IMG/VR virus record: IMGVR_UViG_3300045391_004370
Coordinates: 5,461 to 69,460 of that record
Direction: 5' to 3' (one strand)
Length of the DNA: 64,000 bases
Source of the DNA: a virus
Taxonomy: Duplodnaviria > Caudoviricetes
Below, piece after piece: positions 55,066-63,236 of the stretch. Made by a program: the position numbers and the translations under genes. Each line of letters begins with the position of its first letter. The first letter of the stretch is position 1. Under the pieces are notes generated by a model. The model did not search any database. It saw only the letters and a program-made list of their open reading frames with translations, and had not been told where the DNA came from.

Positions 55066-55650
55066 ATGACGAACCCGCCAACACTATTCGCAGGCTCACG
55101 CGTCGGTCAGTTAAGGCTGTTGATGCGTGTTGCCGATGCGACAAAGGGCTCTTACAACACCCGCAAACGGTGGAGGGTAGTTTGCGATTGTGGTAAGAGG
55201 CTAACTGTCCCTGAAGCGTACCTATTACGCGACAAGCCTAAGACACACTGCGGTGACAGAATACATACGCAGACGTTCCAATCGGCCAACAAAGAAGAGC
55301 ACGGCATCTACACGATGATGCATGTGCGGTGCGAAAACCCTGATCATGTTGGATATCCGCACTATGGTGCCAGAAACGTTAAGGTCTGCGAGGAATGGCA
55401 TCGCGAGAGTAATCCCGATGGCGAAGGCTTTAAGAAGTTCATGGCCGTGGTAGGCAAGCGCCCTTCGAAGAAGCATTCCATCGACCGGAAAGACCCAGAT
55501 GTATGGTATTGCCCCCACAATGTGGCGTGGGCTACTTGGGTCCATCAGAACACGAACAAGCGCATACACAAGCATGACTCGAAAGAGCTTGCTGACAGGT
55601 GTGAGAAATGCCCACATAAGGTGGGTGTGCTAAAGGAGGTGACGACATGA
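55066..55650 (+). CDS. HNH homing-endonuclease-like protein
   Basis: CDCG, RCENP.HVGYPHYGARNVKVCEEW, RPS.KHSIDR.D....YCP.N..WAT...Q..N. Confidence 0.75.
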   Translation: MTNPPTLFAGSRVGQLRLLMRVADATKGSYNTRKRWRVVCDCGKRLTVPEAYLLRDKPKTHCGDRIHTQTFQSANKEEHGIYTMMHVRCENPDHVGYPHYGARNVKVCEEWHRESNPDGEGFKKFMAVVGKRPSKKHSIDRKDPDVWYCPHNVAWATWVHQNTNKRIHKHDSKELADRCEKCPHKVGVLKEVTT

Positions 55651-55826
55651 GCGAAAACACAGCCCCCAAGGCGACCGACGCCAAGAAGGGAACGGGTTGC
55701 ATTTACTGCGACGATCCCAAGGGTAATCCTTCGCGTTTGGTCTGGAGAGGTGGTAAAGCCTACCACAACGTGAGGGGCACCGGCTTCGTCGAGTGCAAAA
55801 ACCCAAATATCGAGAAGCCCGAATAG
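55647..55826 (+). CDS. small CxxC...H...C protein (not in ORF track)
   Basis: GGAGGTG RBS; MSENTAPK...CIYC...YH...EC. Confidence 0.55.
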   Translation: MSENTAPKATDAKKGTGCIYCDDPKGNPSRLVWRGGKAYHNVRGTGFVECKNPNIEKPE

Positions 55827-55854
55827 CCCTTCAAATAAAAGCAGGTCGACCATC

Positions 55855-55893
55855 ATTTGACCTCTTGCTTTTGTTGGGAACTTTCGCTATAAT
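55855..55893 (+). promoter_or_regulatory. phage promoter class ATTTGAC...TATAAT
   Basis: Same upstream heptamer with a spacer 1 nt shorter. Confidence 0.6.
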
Positions 55894-55963
55894 GGGAAAA
55901 TAGGAAAGAGGGGCTCTCTAGGCCAAATGCTAGGAGCCCCTTCATCCACTTTAGGGGCGTTTC

Positions 55964-56905
55964 ATGTCTGATTATACCGACAAGTTGATTGACGATATCA
56001 TCGACGGCGGCGACAAGTGGCGCGGATCTCGCAGCCTCGGTCGTGCTGTAGCCTCAGCCAAGAACAAATTCGTGTGCCAGAACCTTACGGGTGCTGAGCG
56101 TCGGCAAGCTGCCAGACAATATGTCAACGAACGTATTGCCCCGAAAGGGTACCACCTGTGCAAGTATTGCTCCACACCCGTATTCCTCTGCGATGTGACA
56201 TGCAAGCAGCACACTGTGTTTCTGACGGAGGAACATAAAGTAACGGTCGCTGTGAATAAGCATTACCAGATCCTCCGTACGATCGACAAGCTATTGATGT
56301 ACGATGGCAACTCGATCGTTAAGCGGAAGCTGGATCAATGGGTGGAGTGCACAGAGGAGCGCCAGCATATCAGCCTTCTACAGCGCAAGTGCCATTGCGG
56401 TAACGTGTGTGCTATAGGTTTCGTTACATGCGCGATGCATGGCTCGAAGCCGTTGAATCCGACAGCACACTATTGTGCCTTCTGCGAGCGTACTATCTGC
56501 AAGGAAGCGTTTACCTGCAAGATCCATCACAACATGAGCTGCTACGTGCGTTATGCAGCACAATGCCGACCACAGCAAGGCATTTACCCATATCAACGGA
56601 ATACTCTTAATTACCTGATCCATTTCAACAAAGCTGACCAAGGAGAAAGTGATATGTCACGGAAAGACGACGAGAATTTCTGCTGTATCGGCCCCACTGC
56701 GGGGAAGATGGAGTCCGAGAATGAGCGCACCTGGTTCAAGGACGAAGATGATGCTCTGGACCATGCAAAAATGTGTGCCAAAGCGTCCTACCAGCGCAAC
56801 GGACGTGCTGCGGAAGTCTTCGTCGTGGAGGTGAAGAAGATCGTCACCTGTGGCTTACCCGAAGTCGAAGTGACGAATCCCAAGCGCGTTACGCGCCGCC
56901 ACTAA
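55964..56905 (+). CDS. Cys/His-rich protein with three zinc-finger-like repeats; possible internal start at 56654
   Basis: CKYC..CDVTCKQH, CHC...C.....TCAMH, CAFC...C....TCKIH. AGGAG RBS before in-frame ATG 56654. Confidence 0.55.
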   Translation: MSDYTDKLIDDIIDGGDKWRGSRSLGRAVASAKNKFVCQNLTGAERRQAARQYVNERIAPKGYHLCKYCSTPVFLCDVTCKQHTVFLTEEHKVTVAVNKHYQILRTIDKLLMYDGNSIVKRKLDQWVECTEERQHISLLQRKCHCGNVCAIGFVTCAMHGSKPLNPTAHYCAFCERTICKEAFTCKIHHNMSCYVRYAAQCRPQQGIYPYQRNTLNYLIHFNKADQGESDMSRKDDENFCCIGPTAGKMESENERTWFKDEDDALDHAKMCAKASYQRNGRAAEVFVVEVKKIVTCGLPEVEVTNPKRVTRRH

Positions 56906-56933
56906 GTGATACCACCAGTTTGAGAGGTCAGTT

Positions 56934-57452
56934 GTGCTGCAGTTCGACAAGCCCACAGACGGATTAGTCAACGAGCTAGACAAGCGTCAGCTGACCTCTC
57001 ATTCCCAACTCCTCCATTTTTTGTACGCAGGCAATGCCACGCTTACAGTCAAATCTTTACGAACCGGTACACGTTTCACGTATCGGATCAAGGAGGCTCC
57101 GGGTTTCCCGGGAAAGGATCCAGGTCCGGTTGGATGGTTCGTCGCCGTTCTTACAGGACCCGACAATACCGCTGACTATACATATCTCGGCCATATCTTC
57201 CGAGAGAGTCGCGATTACGTTCATGGGAAAAAGTCCAAGATCGGCATCGGTGCTGATAGTGCAATTGCGTTCGAGTGGTTCTATGGATCAATCGTGCTGG
57301 CAGGTGCTTTACGCCCGACGGTGCTTCAAGTTTGGCACGAGGGAAGGTGTGGACGCTGTAATCGCAAACTTACTGTTCCAGAGTCCATCGAATCCGGATT
57401 CGGCGCTGATTGCGCGGAGATCATGGGAATCCAATGGGGCAAAGCCGCATGA
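56934..57452 (+). CDS. DUF6011-type zinc-finger protein
   Basis: C-terminal CGRCNRKLTVPESIESGFGADCA. Confidence 0.7.
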   Translation: MLQFDKPTDGLVNELDKRQLTSHSQLLHFLYAGNATLTVKSLRTGTRFTYRIKEAPGFPGKDPGPVGWFVAVLTGPDNTADYTYLGHIFRESRDYVHGKKSKIGIGADSAIAFEWFYGSIVLAGALRPTVLQVWHEGRCGRCNRKLTVPESIESGFGADCAEIMGIQWGKAA

Positions 57453-57748
57453 GTGAAGCACCCAAGTATGCACAGCGCCATTACGGTACATTCGGCGGTG
57501 TGAACCTCCGTAACTACGTCGAGGTTGACACACAAGATCCGACAGAGGCGCGTGAAGCTATGTTCATGGTGTTCGGAACATCATGGGCTTTCGTCTACTC
57601 GTATTCCAACTTCAACGGCCAACCTGAAGAGTATGATCTCCAATATAAGGGGTGCGTCCGTAAGGATGGCTTAGGGAAGTGGGTACTCATGAACAACTAT
57701 CCTGGCGTGTACGAGCACGTCGCATTCAAAGGAAAGCCCGACCAATGA
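57449..57748 (+). CDS. hypothetical protein
   Basis: ATGA overlap; YGTFG...LRNYVE motif. Confidence 0.55.
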   Translation: MSEAPKYAQRHYGTFGGVNLRNYVEVDTQDPTEAREAMFMVFGTSWAFVYSYSNFNGQPEEYDLQYKGCVRKDGLGKWVLMNNYPGVYEHVAFKGKPDQ

Positions 57749-58299
57749 TTGCATACACCTTCAAAGAGATCGAAGCGACCTGCAAGAACATAAAGCAGAT
57801 GTATCCGTTCGACGATGTACAATTCACCGTCAAGGCTAACGGGGAATATCACTTGTACGCGTTTGGACTACGTTATCCAAAGTTCCCAGGCGAACCTTAC
57901 GCTAAGGCGGAATCGATCTTCGAACATATCAAAGACAACGATCTACCTGCGGCTGTGCAACGTATGCATACACGCGCCGCTGAGCGTATCAACAATATGG
58001 CTCCACGGGTCGTCGAGCACCTTGCCGCACAGATCATTAAGCTGTCCGAGAGGGACGGTCAGGTGACGGAAACAATTCTGCGTCAGGAAGCCAATGTCGA
58101 ACAATGGCATCTGGATCGTTTTGGCGGAGCGGCTACGCTGATCGCCAACGAGATGGCGCAGAAGGGGCCATTCCTGATCGTGAACGAACATTCATCGAAC
58201 AATCCGCCGTCAGGTGAAGAAGATCCCGTCGAAGACGACGCTGAGTATCGTTCAGAAGCTGTGCGTCCGTCGGATCCTGACGATGAGATCCCATTCTAG
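57745..58299 (+). CDS. hypothetical protein with acidic tail ending DDEIPF
   Basis: SSB-like C-terminal tail; no OB fold recognised. Confidence 0.55.
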   Translation: MIAYTFKEIEATCKNIKQMYPFDDVQFTVKANGEYHLYAFGLRYPKFPGEPYAKAESIFEHIKDNDLPAAVQRMHTRAAERINNMAPRVVEHLAAQIIKLSERDGQVTETILRQEANVEQWHLDRFGGAATLIANEMAQKGPFLIVNEHSSNNPPSGEEDPVEDDAEYRSEAVRPSDPDDEIPF

Positions 58300-58307
58300 G
58301 AGCACTT

Positions 58308-59210
58308 ATGTCAAGAGAACCGATGCATGCGGGCAAGTTCGTCCCTGAGCGATTGATCTACCCCTGCTTTGCGCAACCTAAATTGGATGGGATCCGCGGA
58401 GTAGTGAACGGCGATCATATGGTCAGCCGTACCTGGAAACCCATCCGGAACCGATTCATTCAGAGCTGGGTCAAAGAACATGCGGACTTTCTGAAGGACT
58501 TCGATGGCGAGCTCATCGTGGGGTCACCAACGGCTGCGGACAACTATCGCGTTACCATGAGTGGTGTAACCAGCGAGATGGGCGAACCCGATTTCAAGTA
58601 CTATGTGTTCGACATCTGCGACACACATTCCGTTCAGCATGAGCGCTTGCACAACTTGAAGAAGCGGTTCGAAGAGATCGCCATGTACGGTGGTAGTGCT
58701 TTGCACAACCGTCTCGAGTTCGTCGACACCCAAGTGATCCATCACCAGTCTGCCCTGTATGAATATGAGCAGAAGTGCGTTGACGAGGGTTATGAAGGGA
58801 TCATGACCCGATATATTCATGGCATCTACAAACATGGGCGTGCGACGTCTGTCTCGCAAGAACTGCTCAAGGTCAAGAGGTTTCTGGATGACGAAGCGAT
58901 CATCGAAGGGTTCGAAGAGCTCTACCGGAACGAAAACGAAGCGACCGAAAATGCTTATGGCAGGACTGTACGGAGCTCGCATCAAGCTGGTAAAGTGCCG
59001 GCGGACACGCTTGGGGCGCTCCGAGTGCGTAATAGTGCTGGACAATCTTTCAGCGTTGGCACAGGATTTGATTTCGCGACACGCGAAGAAATCTGGAAGA
59101 ACCAGGCGAAATACCTCGGGCAAAGGATCACGTACAAGTACGTCAAAGTAGGCGGCTATGATGTTCCCAGATTTCCCGTCTTCAAGGGTTTCCGTCCGGA
59201 AGGTGTCTAG
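58308..59210 (+). CDS. lig: ATP-dependent DNA ligase
   Basis: QPKLDGIRG, FDGEL, YYVFD, EGYEGIM, LLKVK, VGTGF, PRFPVF.GFR. Confidence 0.93.
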   Translation: MSREPMHAGKFVPERLIYPCFAQPKLDGIRGVVNGDHMVSRTWKPIRNRFIQSWVKEHADFLKDFDGELIVGSPTAADNYRVTMSGVTSEMGEPDFKYYVFDICDTHSVQHERLHNLKKRFEEIAMYGGSALHNRLEFVDTQVIHHQSALYEYEQKCVDEGYEGIMTRYIHGIYKHGRATSVSQELLKVKRFLDDEAIIEGFEELYRNENEATENAYGRTVRSSHQAGKVPADTLGALRVRNSAGQSFSVGTGFDFATREEIWKNQAKYLGQRITYKYVKVGGYDVPRFPVFKGFRPEGV

Positions 59211-59410
59211 TGCAAGAAATCTTATACCGCGGGTACAAGATCGAAGCATCGAGCATGTACAACGTGCATGGGTTCGAGTATGAATTCGTGCATGAGAATT
59301 ACGATCCTACACCCATGTATCTCGACGATCCGCCCGCAGACAATCGTTGCGGTCACGGGCATACTATCGAAGAATGCAAGGCACAGATCGATGAGATGGA
59401 GGACGCATAA
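59210..59410 (+). CDS. hypothetical protein
   Basis: Coupled ORF; DNRCGHG..IEECK.QID. Confidence 0.6.
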   Translation: MQEILYRGYKIEASSMYNVHGFEYEFVHENYDPTPMYLDDPPADNRCGHGHTIEECKAQIDEMEDA

Positions 59411-59808
59411 TGGGCGCTAAACCTACAACGGAACTGTACTTCGAGTGCCATATTACCGTAGAGCCCTGCGGTGACGATTATGCGAAGCTGGAGCAGATCG
59501 GTAAGCCATTCAACTTCAAGCCTGCAACCTTCCTTATGTCGAAAGACGATAGTCTAGTTGCTGATGCATTCATTTCCGGACGCTCGCGTGACTATGAAGA
59601 CATCGTAGAGCGCATGCGAGGTGTCCTGAAGGTACTAGCCACTACCGGATACACAATTCTTCGGTACAAGATCGAGAACACACTGGTCGATACTAAGTAC
59701 CGCGGCGATAGTCTCGGCTTACTTCAGTGGTTCGATCGTGAGGATCTCCTTCAAGGGGACATTCACCACATTCGTCAAGAACAGATTTTCAATGCTAAGG
59801 AAGGGTAA
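59410..59808 (+). CDS. hypothetical protein
   Basis: TAATG overlap; FECHITV...RYKIE..L.D motifs. Confidence 0.65.
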   Translation: MGAKPTTELYFECHITVEPCGDDYAKLEQIGKPFNFKPATFLMSKDDSLVADAFISGRSRDYEDIVERMRGVLKVLATTGYTILRYKIENTLVDTKYRGDSLGLLQWFDREDLLQGDIHHIRQEQIFNAKEG

Positions 59809-59809
59809 C

Positions 59810-60199
59810 ATGGAAGAGCGCAATAAGATGGGGGCTGAGAACCATTTGCAGCCAGGCGACTTCGTCGACAGTACGTCGGAGGCACGCACAGTCAACAACG
59901 TGATGCGTCATGAATATCGTGTCCTGAGCGACGCGGAAAAAGCCTCGATGGCGCGCATCAAAGACGCTGGTAGGCAGCTCTGGATACATGCGAACAAACC
60001 TACTGCGTTTGGCGTAACGCTCGATGCGCTTGCCGATGCTCTGCAGATGGCCATCAACGATATGCCGGGAGGTTCTTCTCGCGAAGCCACGATCGCTACG
60101 AAGCGGCTCCTGGAAGCACGTAACGCGGAGACCAGGGACGAATGCCTCATCAAGATCGAGGAATGTGTCATGTGGGCAGTGAAACACATTATCAAGTAG
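59810..60199 (+). CDS. Acb2/Tad1-like protein (putative immune-signal sponge) with insertion
   Basis: NNVMRHEYRVLSDAEK..M..IKD.G; SSREATIA; IKIEECVMWAVKH. Confidence 0.6.
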   Translation: MEERNKMGAENHLQPGDFVDSTSEARTVNNVMRHEYRVLSDAEKASMARIKDAGRQLWIHANKPTAFGVTLDALADALQMAINDMPGGSSREATIATKRLLEARNAETRDECLIKIEECVMWAVKHIIK

Positions 60200-60212
60200 G
60201 GGCATTATACCA

Positions 60213-60443
60213 ATGACACCGGATCAAATCAAGAATCTGGCATTCACGCTCGGTTATATGGCGCGTGGAGAGGGTCTCGATCCTAAGACCAAGGAAGCCA
60301 TACTTGCCTGGATTGCCGAGAAATCGCCTACAAACTTCTGGGCCAGAGCCGGTAGCGGCTTCGGTGGTGGGGTGGGCTGGATGCTCGGTGTGATAGTCAT
60401 CCTTTGGATGGCAAAGCACTGGTTCCACATATCGTTCGGGTGA
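60213..60443 (+). CDS. membrane protein
   Basis: C-terminal Gly-rich TM. Confidence 0.55.
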   Translation: MTPDQIKNLAFTLGYMARGEGLDPKTKEAILAWIAEKSPTNFWARAGSGFGGGVGWMLGVIVILWMAKHWFHISFG

Positions 60444-60446
60444 CTT

Positions 60447-60662
60447 GTGAGCGAAGCTGTGACCGATGAGATTTGGTACCGCGTCTATGAACAGCGGTAT
60501 GCACCTCCGTTGGACGAGTTTGCAAACCCTACAAGGGAGGGTGCGTATGCAGACTTCTTTGCCCGCAAAGATCGTCACGCACGGATCTTAGAGGCGCAAC
60601 TCGACCAGATTCATGAAGCGTTACATATCGCACGGAGACAGTTCAATGCCAATGGCGCCTGA
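60447..60662 (+). CDS. hypothetical protein
   Basis: GTG start; packed ORF. Confidence 0.45.
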   Translation: MSEAVTDEIWYRVYEQRYAPPLDEFANPTREGAYADFFARKDRHARILEAQLDQIHEALHIARRQFNANGA

Positions 60663-60999
60663 TAACATGGCTATGCACGCAGCATTCGAGGCAGCGAACC
60701 GTCGGAAGCGCGAAGAACGTAAAGCCATGTTCGAAAAGCTCCGCAAGCAACGGAACGAAGCGCATGCCAAAGCGGTAGCACACTTACAGGCCGAACTGGG
60801 TGAAGGGTCAATTCTACACTCGACATTCGATCCTGATTCATGCTACTGCAACTGCGGGATGGAAGGAGACAACCCACGTCTCTGCGAACATGAATGGAAT
60901 GGGCCAACAGTCGAACTAGATGATGGCAGGCTTGTCACAGTGACCTGCTCACGTTGCAAGACGACAGCATTCAGTCACGACATGAGGTGTGCTCCATGA
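60646..60999 (+). CDS. hypothetical protein with Cys-rich C-terminus
   Basis: CYCNC, CEHEW, CSRC. Confidence 0.55.
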   Translation: MPMAPDNMAMHAAFEAANRRKREERKAMFEKLRKQRNEAHAKAVAHLQAELGEGSILHSTFDPDSCYCNCGMEGDNPRLCEHEWNGPTVELDDGRLVTVTCSRCKTTAFSHDMRCAP

Positions 61000-61205
61000 C
61001 ATATTTCGACTGGATATGGATCTTCGCCCCCTTCTTCATCCTGCTGCTGGCAGTACTATGCGCGCTCCTCTATGTAGGAGGACAGCTCCGTCGAATCGCC
61101 GATGCGCTGACAGATTCCAGCGACTGGGGACTTACCGCACGCGTAGGCAGTGCAGTGTACAATTCGATCTCTACCGCACTCTTTGAGGCTTGGCAACGCA
61201 AATGA
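60996..61205 (+). CDS. small membrane protein
   Basis: N-terminal TM; GAGGTG RBS. Confidence 0.5.
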   Translation: MTYFDWIWIFAPFFILLLAVLCALLYVGGQLRRIADALTDSSDWGLTARVGSAVYNSISTALFEAWQRK

Positions 61206-61564
61206 CCGATCACACCAAGAAGCTGGAAGAGGCTGAGCGCGATCTTGGTATCATTACCGAGTTCGCTTACCGAATGGGTCTTCATGAATTTGGGTACCTC
61301 CCCGAACAAGTAATTCTCTCCCGTGTCAGGGAGTTGGAAGCGGCTTTGAACGAAACACGCGATGATTACAAACGCGCCGTTGAAGCTATTCGTGCGGTTC
61401 AAGCCGAATGCGACCGCCTCCGCGCCATACTGGATGCGCCGGTTACGGAGGAAGAAGTGGAAAAGGCGAAGCATGATTTATTCACCTACGGTATCGGCAT
61501 AAACGACACAAACCACGCCAAAACCGCCCTTGATTCTTTCCTCGCTGCCCGGAGGTCCAAATGA
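61202..61564 (+). CDS. hypothetical coiled-coil protein
   Basis: ATGA overlap. Confidence 0.55.
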   Translation: MTDHTKKLEEAERDLGIITEFAYRMGLHEFGYLPEQVILSRVRELEAALNETRDDYKRAVEAIRAVQAECDRLRAILDAPVTEEEVEKAKHDLFTYGIGINDTNHAKTALDSFLAARRSK

Positions 61565-62139
61565 CCACCCCAACCGACAAGGAAAGCGTGGCGGCGCTGG
61601 CTAACGCAAAGCAAGTCGTATCAGTGCTTTTTGAGCGCGTTGTCAGAGAATGGAAAGAAGAACCTGCAAATCGCTATGCCGATTTGGATTTAAACACGGT
61701 CATTGTCAGAACTTGCGTAGCTTATCATGCCGCACTCTCCCCAGTGCAGGGTGACGGGATGCGCGATGCGCTGGTGAAGCTGGTTGCTGAAACCGTCAAT
61801 GCAAATGGCGATCATATTTGTCCTGGCTGCTTCCGTGATCCGGCGCAGCATCGGACGGACTGTTTTGTCGCCGCCGCCCTCGCCTCCCACCCTGACCGCA
61901 GCAAATGTTTTGAGTGCAGCACACAGCTTCAAGCGCCGATATGCCCGAAGTGTAATCCGGAGTTTGACATATCAAATCCTGACCGACAACCAGGTATGAC
62001 GGATGAACAGGCGCGGGAATTGCTGGCCGATGAAATGGACAAGGCATTGGGCGGTCACGGGTCCATTACAGTCAAAGACATTCCGCACAGTTTTGAACCC
62101 GCCATCGCCGCCATAAAGCGCGCAAGCCAGAGACAGTAG
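61561..62139 (+). CDS. hypothetical mosaic protein with two CxxC pairs
   Basis: CPGC, CFEC, CPKC; GGAGG RBS. Confidence 0.55.
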   Translation: MTTPTDKESVAALANAKQVVSVLFERVVREWKEEPANRYADLDLNTVIVRTCVAYHAALSPVQGDGMRDALVKLVAETVNANGDHICPGCFRDPAQHRTDCFVAAALASHPDRSKCFECSTQLQAPICPKCNPEFDISNPDRQPGMTDEQARELLADEMDKALGGHGSITVKDIPHSFEPAIAAIKRASQRQ

Positions 62140-62164
62140 GGAAGTTCAACCAGAGGAGTGAAGG

Positions 62165-63223
62165 ATGACACGGACAGTAGTGAGTGACGTCAATGGCATG
62201 TTGAATGCCATGAAAGCAGCGGTTCCCGGCGATATAGTCGCTTTAAAGCCTGGAGTGTATTCGGGCATCAGCAATTATGGTAAGCCTTTGGGACCGGTCG
62301 GAGGTGCGAAAGATTCTGTCATCGTGACTTCGGACGATCTATCGAAGAAGGCCACGATCAACGACTTCATGTGGCAAGCGCCTGTTTACGGTACTACCTT
62401 CCGTGATCTGGACTTGAATGCAACTGCTGCCCCACAACGGCAAATGGTTGCGTACATCATCGCCGGAGGTAGCGTCAATACCGGTATCGATCGTTGCAGC
62501 CTTCATGGGTTGATGGACGGTTCAGCATACGACGCACTGCAGAAGTTCAACATCAGTGCAGTTCAGTTGCGTGGAGGTACCAACCTCTTCGTGACACGTT
62601 GCGAGATCCAACGTTTCGGCGGAGGTATCGGACATCTCGACAACAACGGTGTGCTGATCCAAGGCAACAAGATCCACGATATTCGGGTGGATGCCATCGA
62701 TGGTGGAGGCTCAAGCAACATTTGGATCGATTCCAATGAGCTCTACAACTGGTGGCCTGAGCTACCTGACGGAAGCGGTTTGGTATCGCATCCTGACGGT
62801 ATTCAGTTCTGGACGACGAATACCAAGGCGCCTTGCAAGTCCATCAAGATCACGAACAACAAGATCCGTCGTCAGGATGGTGGTCAAGCCCAAGGCATCT
62901 TCATGGGCAACGAACTACACCTGCGATACCAGGATGTAGTGATCACAGGCAATCGTGTCGAAGGCGGTATCTGGCACGGTATCTCGGTGTTCGAAGCTGA
63001 CAATGTGACGATCAACAACAACATCGTCGGTGTAGGCGTCCCTTACAAGGATCCGCGTCTGCCTGCGACATCTCAAGTCGTCACGTCCAACTGGATCAAG
63101 ACGGGCAACGTGACAGGCTTGACATGCTTGCAGAACTGGGCTGACGAGTTTGCACTCGACAACACCAGCATCGTGTCATATGGGCGCAACAGTCGCAATA
63201 CCGCTGGCCAAATCGGCAAATAG
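62165..63223 (+). CDS. Right-handed beta-helix (pectate-lyase-like) protein
   Basis: PGDIVALKPGVY; repeated I-x-G/N-N-x-I strands; HPDGIQFW; QGIFM; WHGISV. Confidence 0.75.
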   Translation: MTRTVVSDVNGMLNAMKAAVPGDIVALKPGVYSGISNYGKPLGPVGGAKDSVIVTSDDLSKKATINDFMWQAPVYGTTFRDLDLNATAAPQRQMVAYIIAGGSVNTGIDRCSLHGLMDGSAYDALQKFNISAVQLRGGTNLFVTRCEIQRFGGGIGHLDNNGVLIQGNKIHDIRVDAIDGGGSSNIWIDSNELYNWWPELPDGSGLVSHPDGIQFWTTNTKAPCKSIKITNNKIRRQDGGQAQGIFMGNELHLRYQDVVITGNRVEGGIWHGISVFEADNVTINNNIVGVGVPYKDPRLPATSQVVTSNWIKTGNVTGLTCLQNWADEFALDNTSIVSYGRNSRNTAGQIGK

Positions 63224-63236
63224 TTAGGGGGACGCA

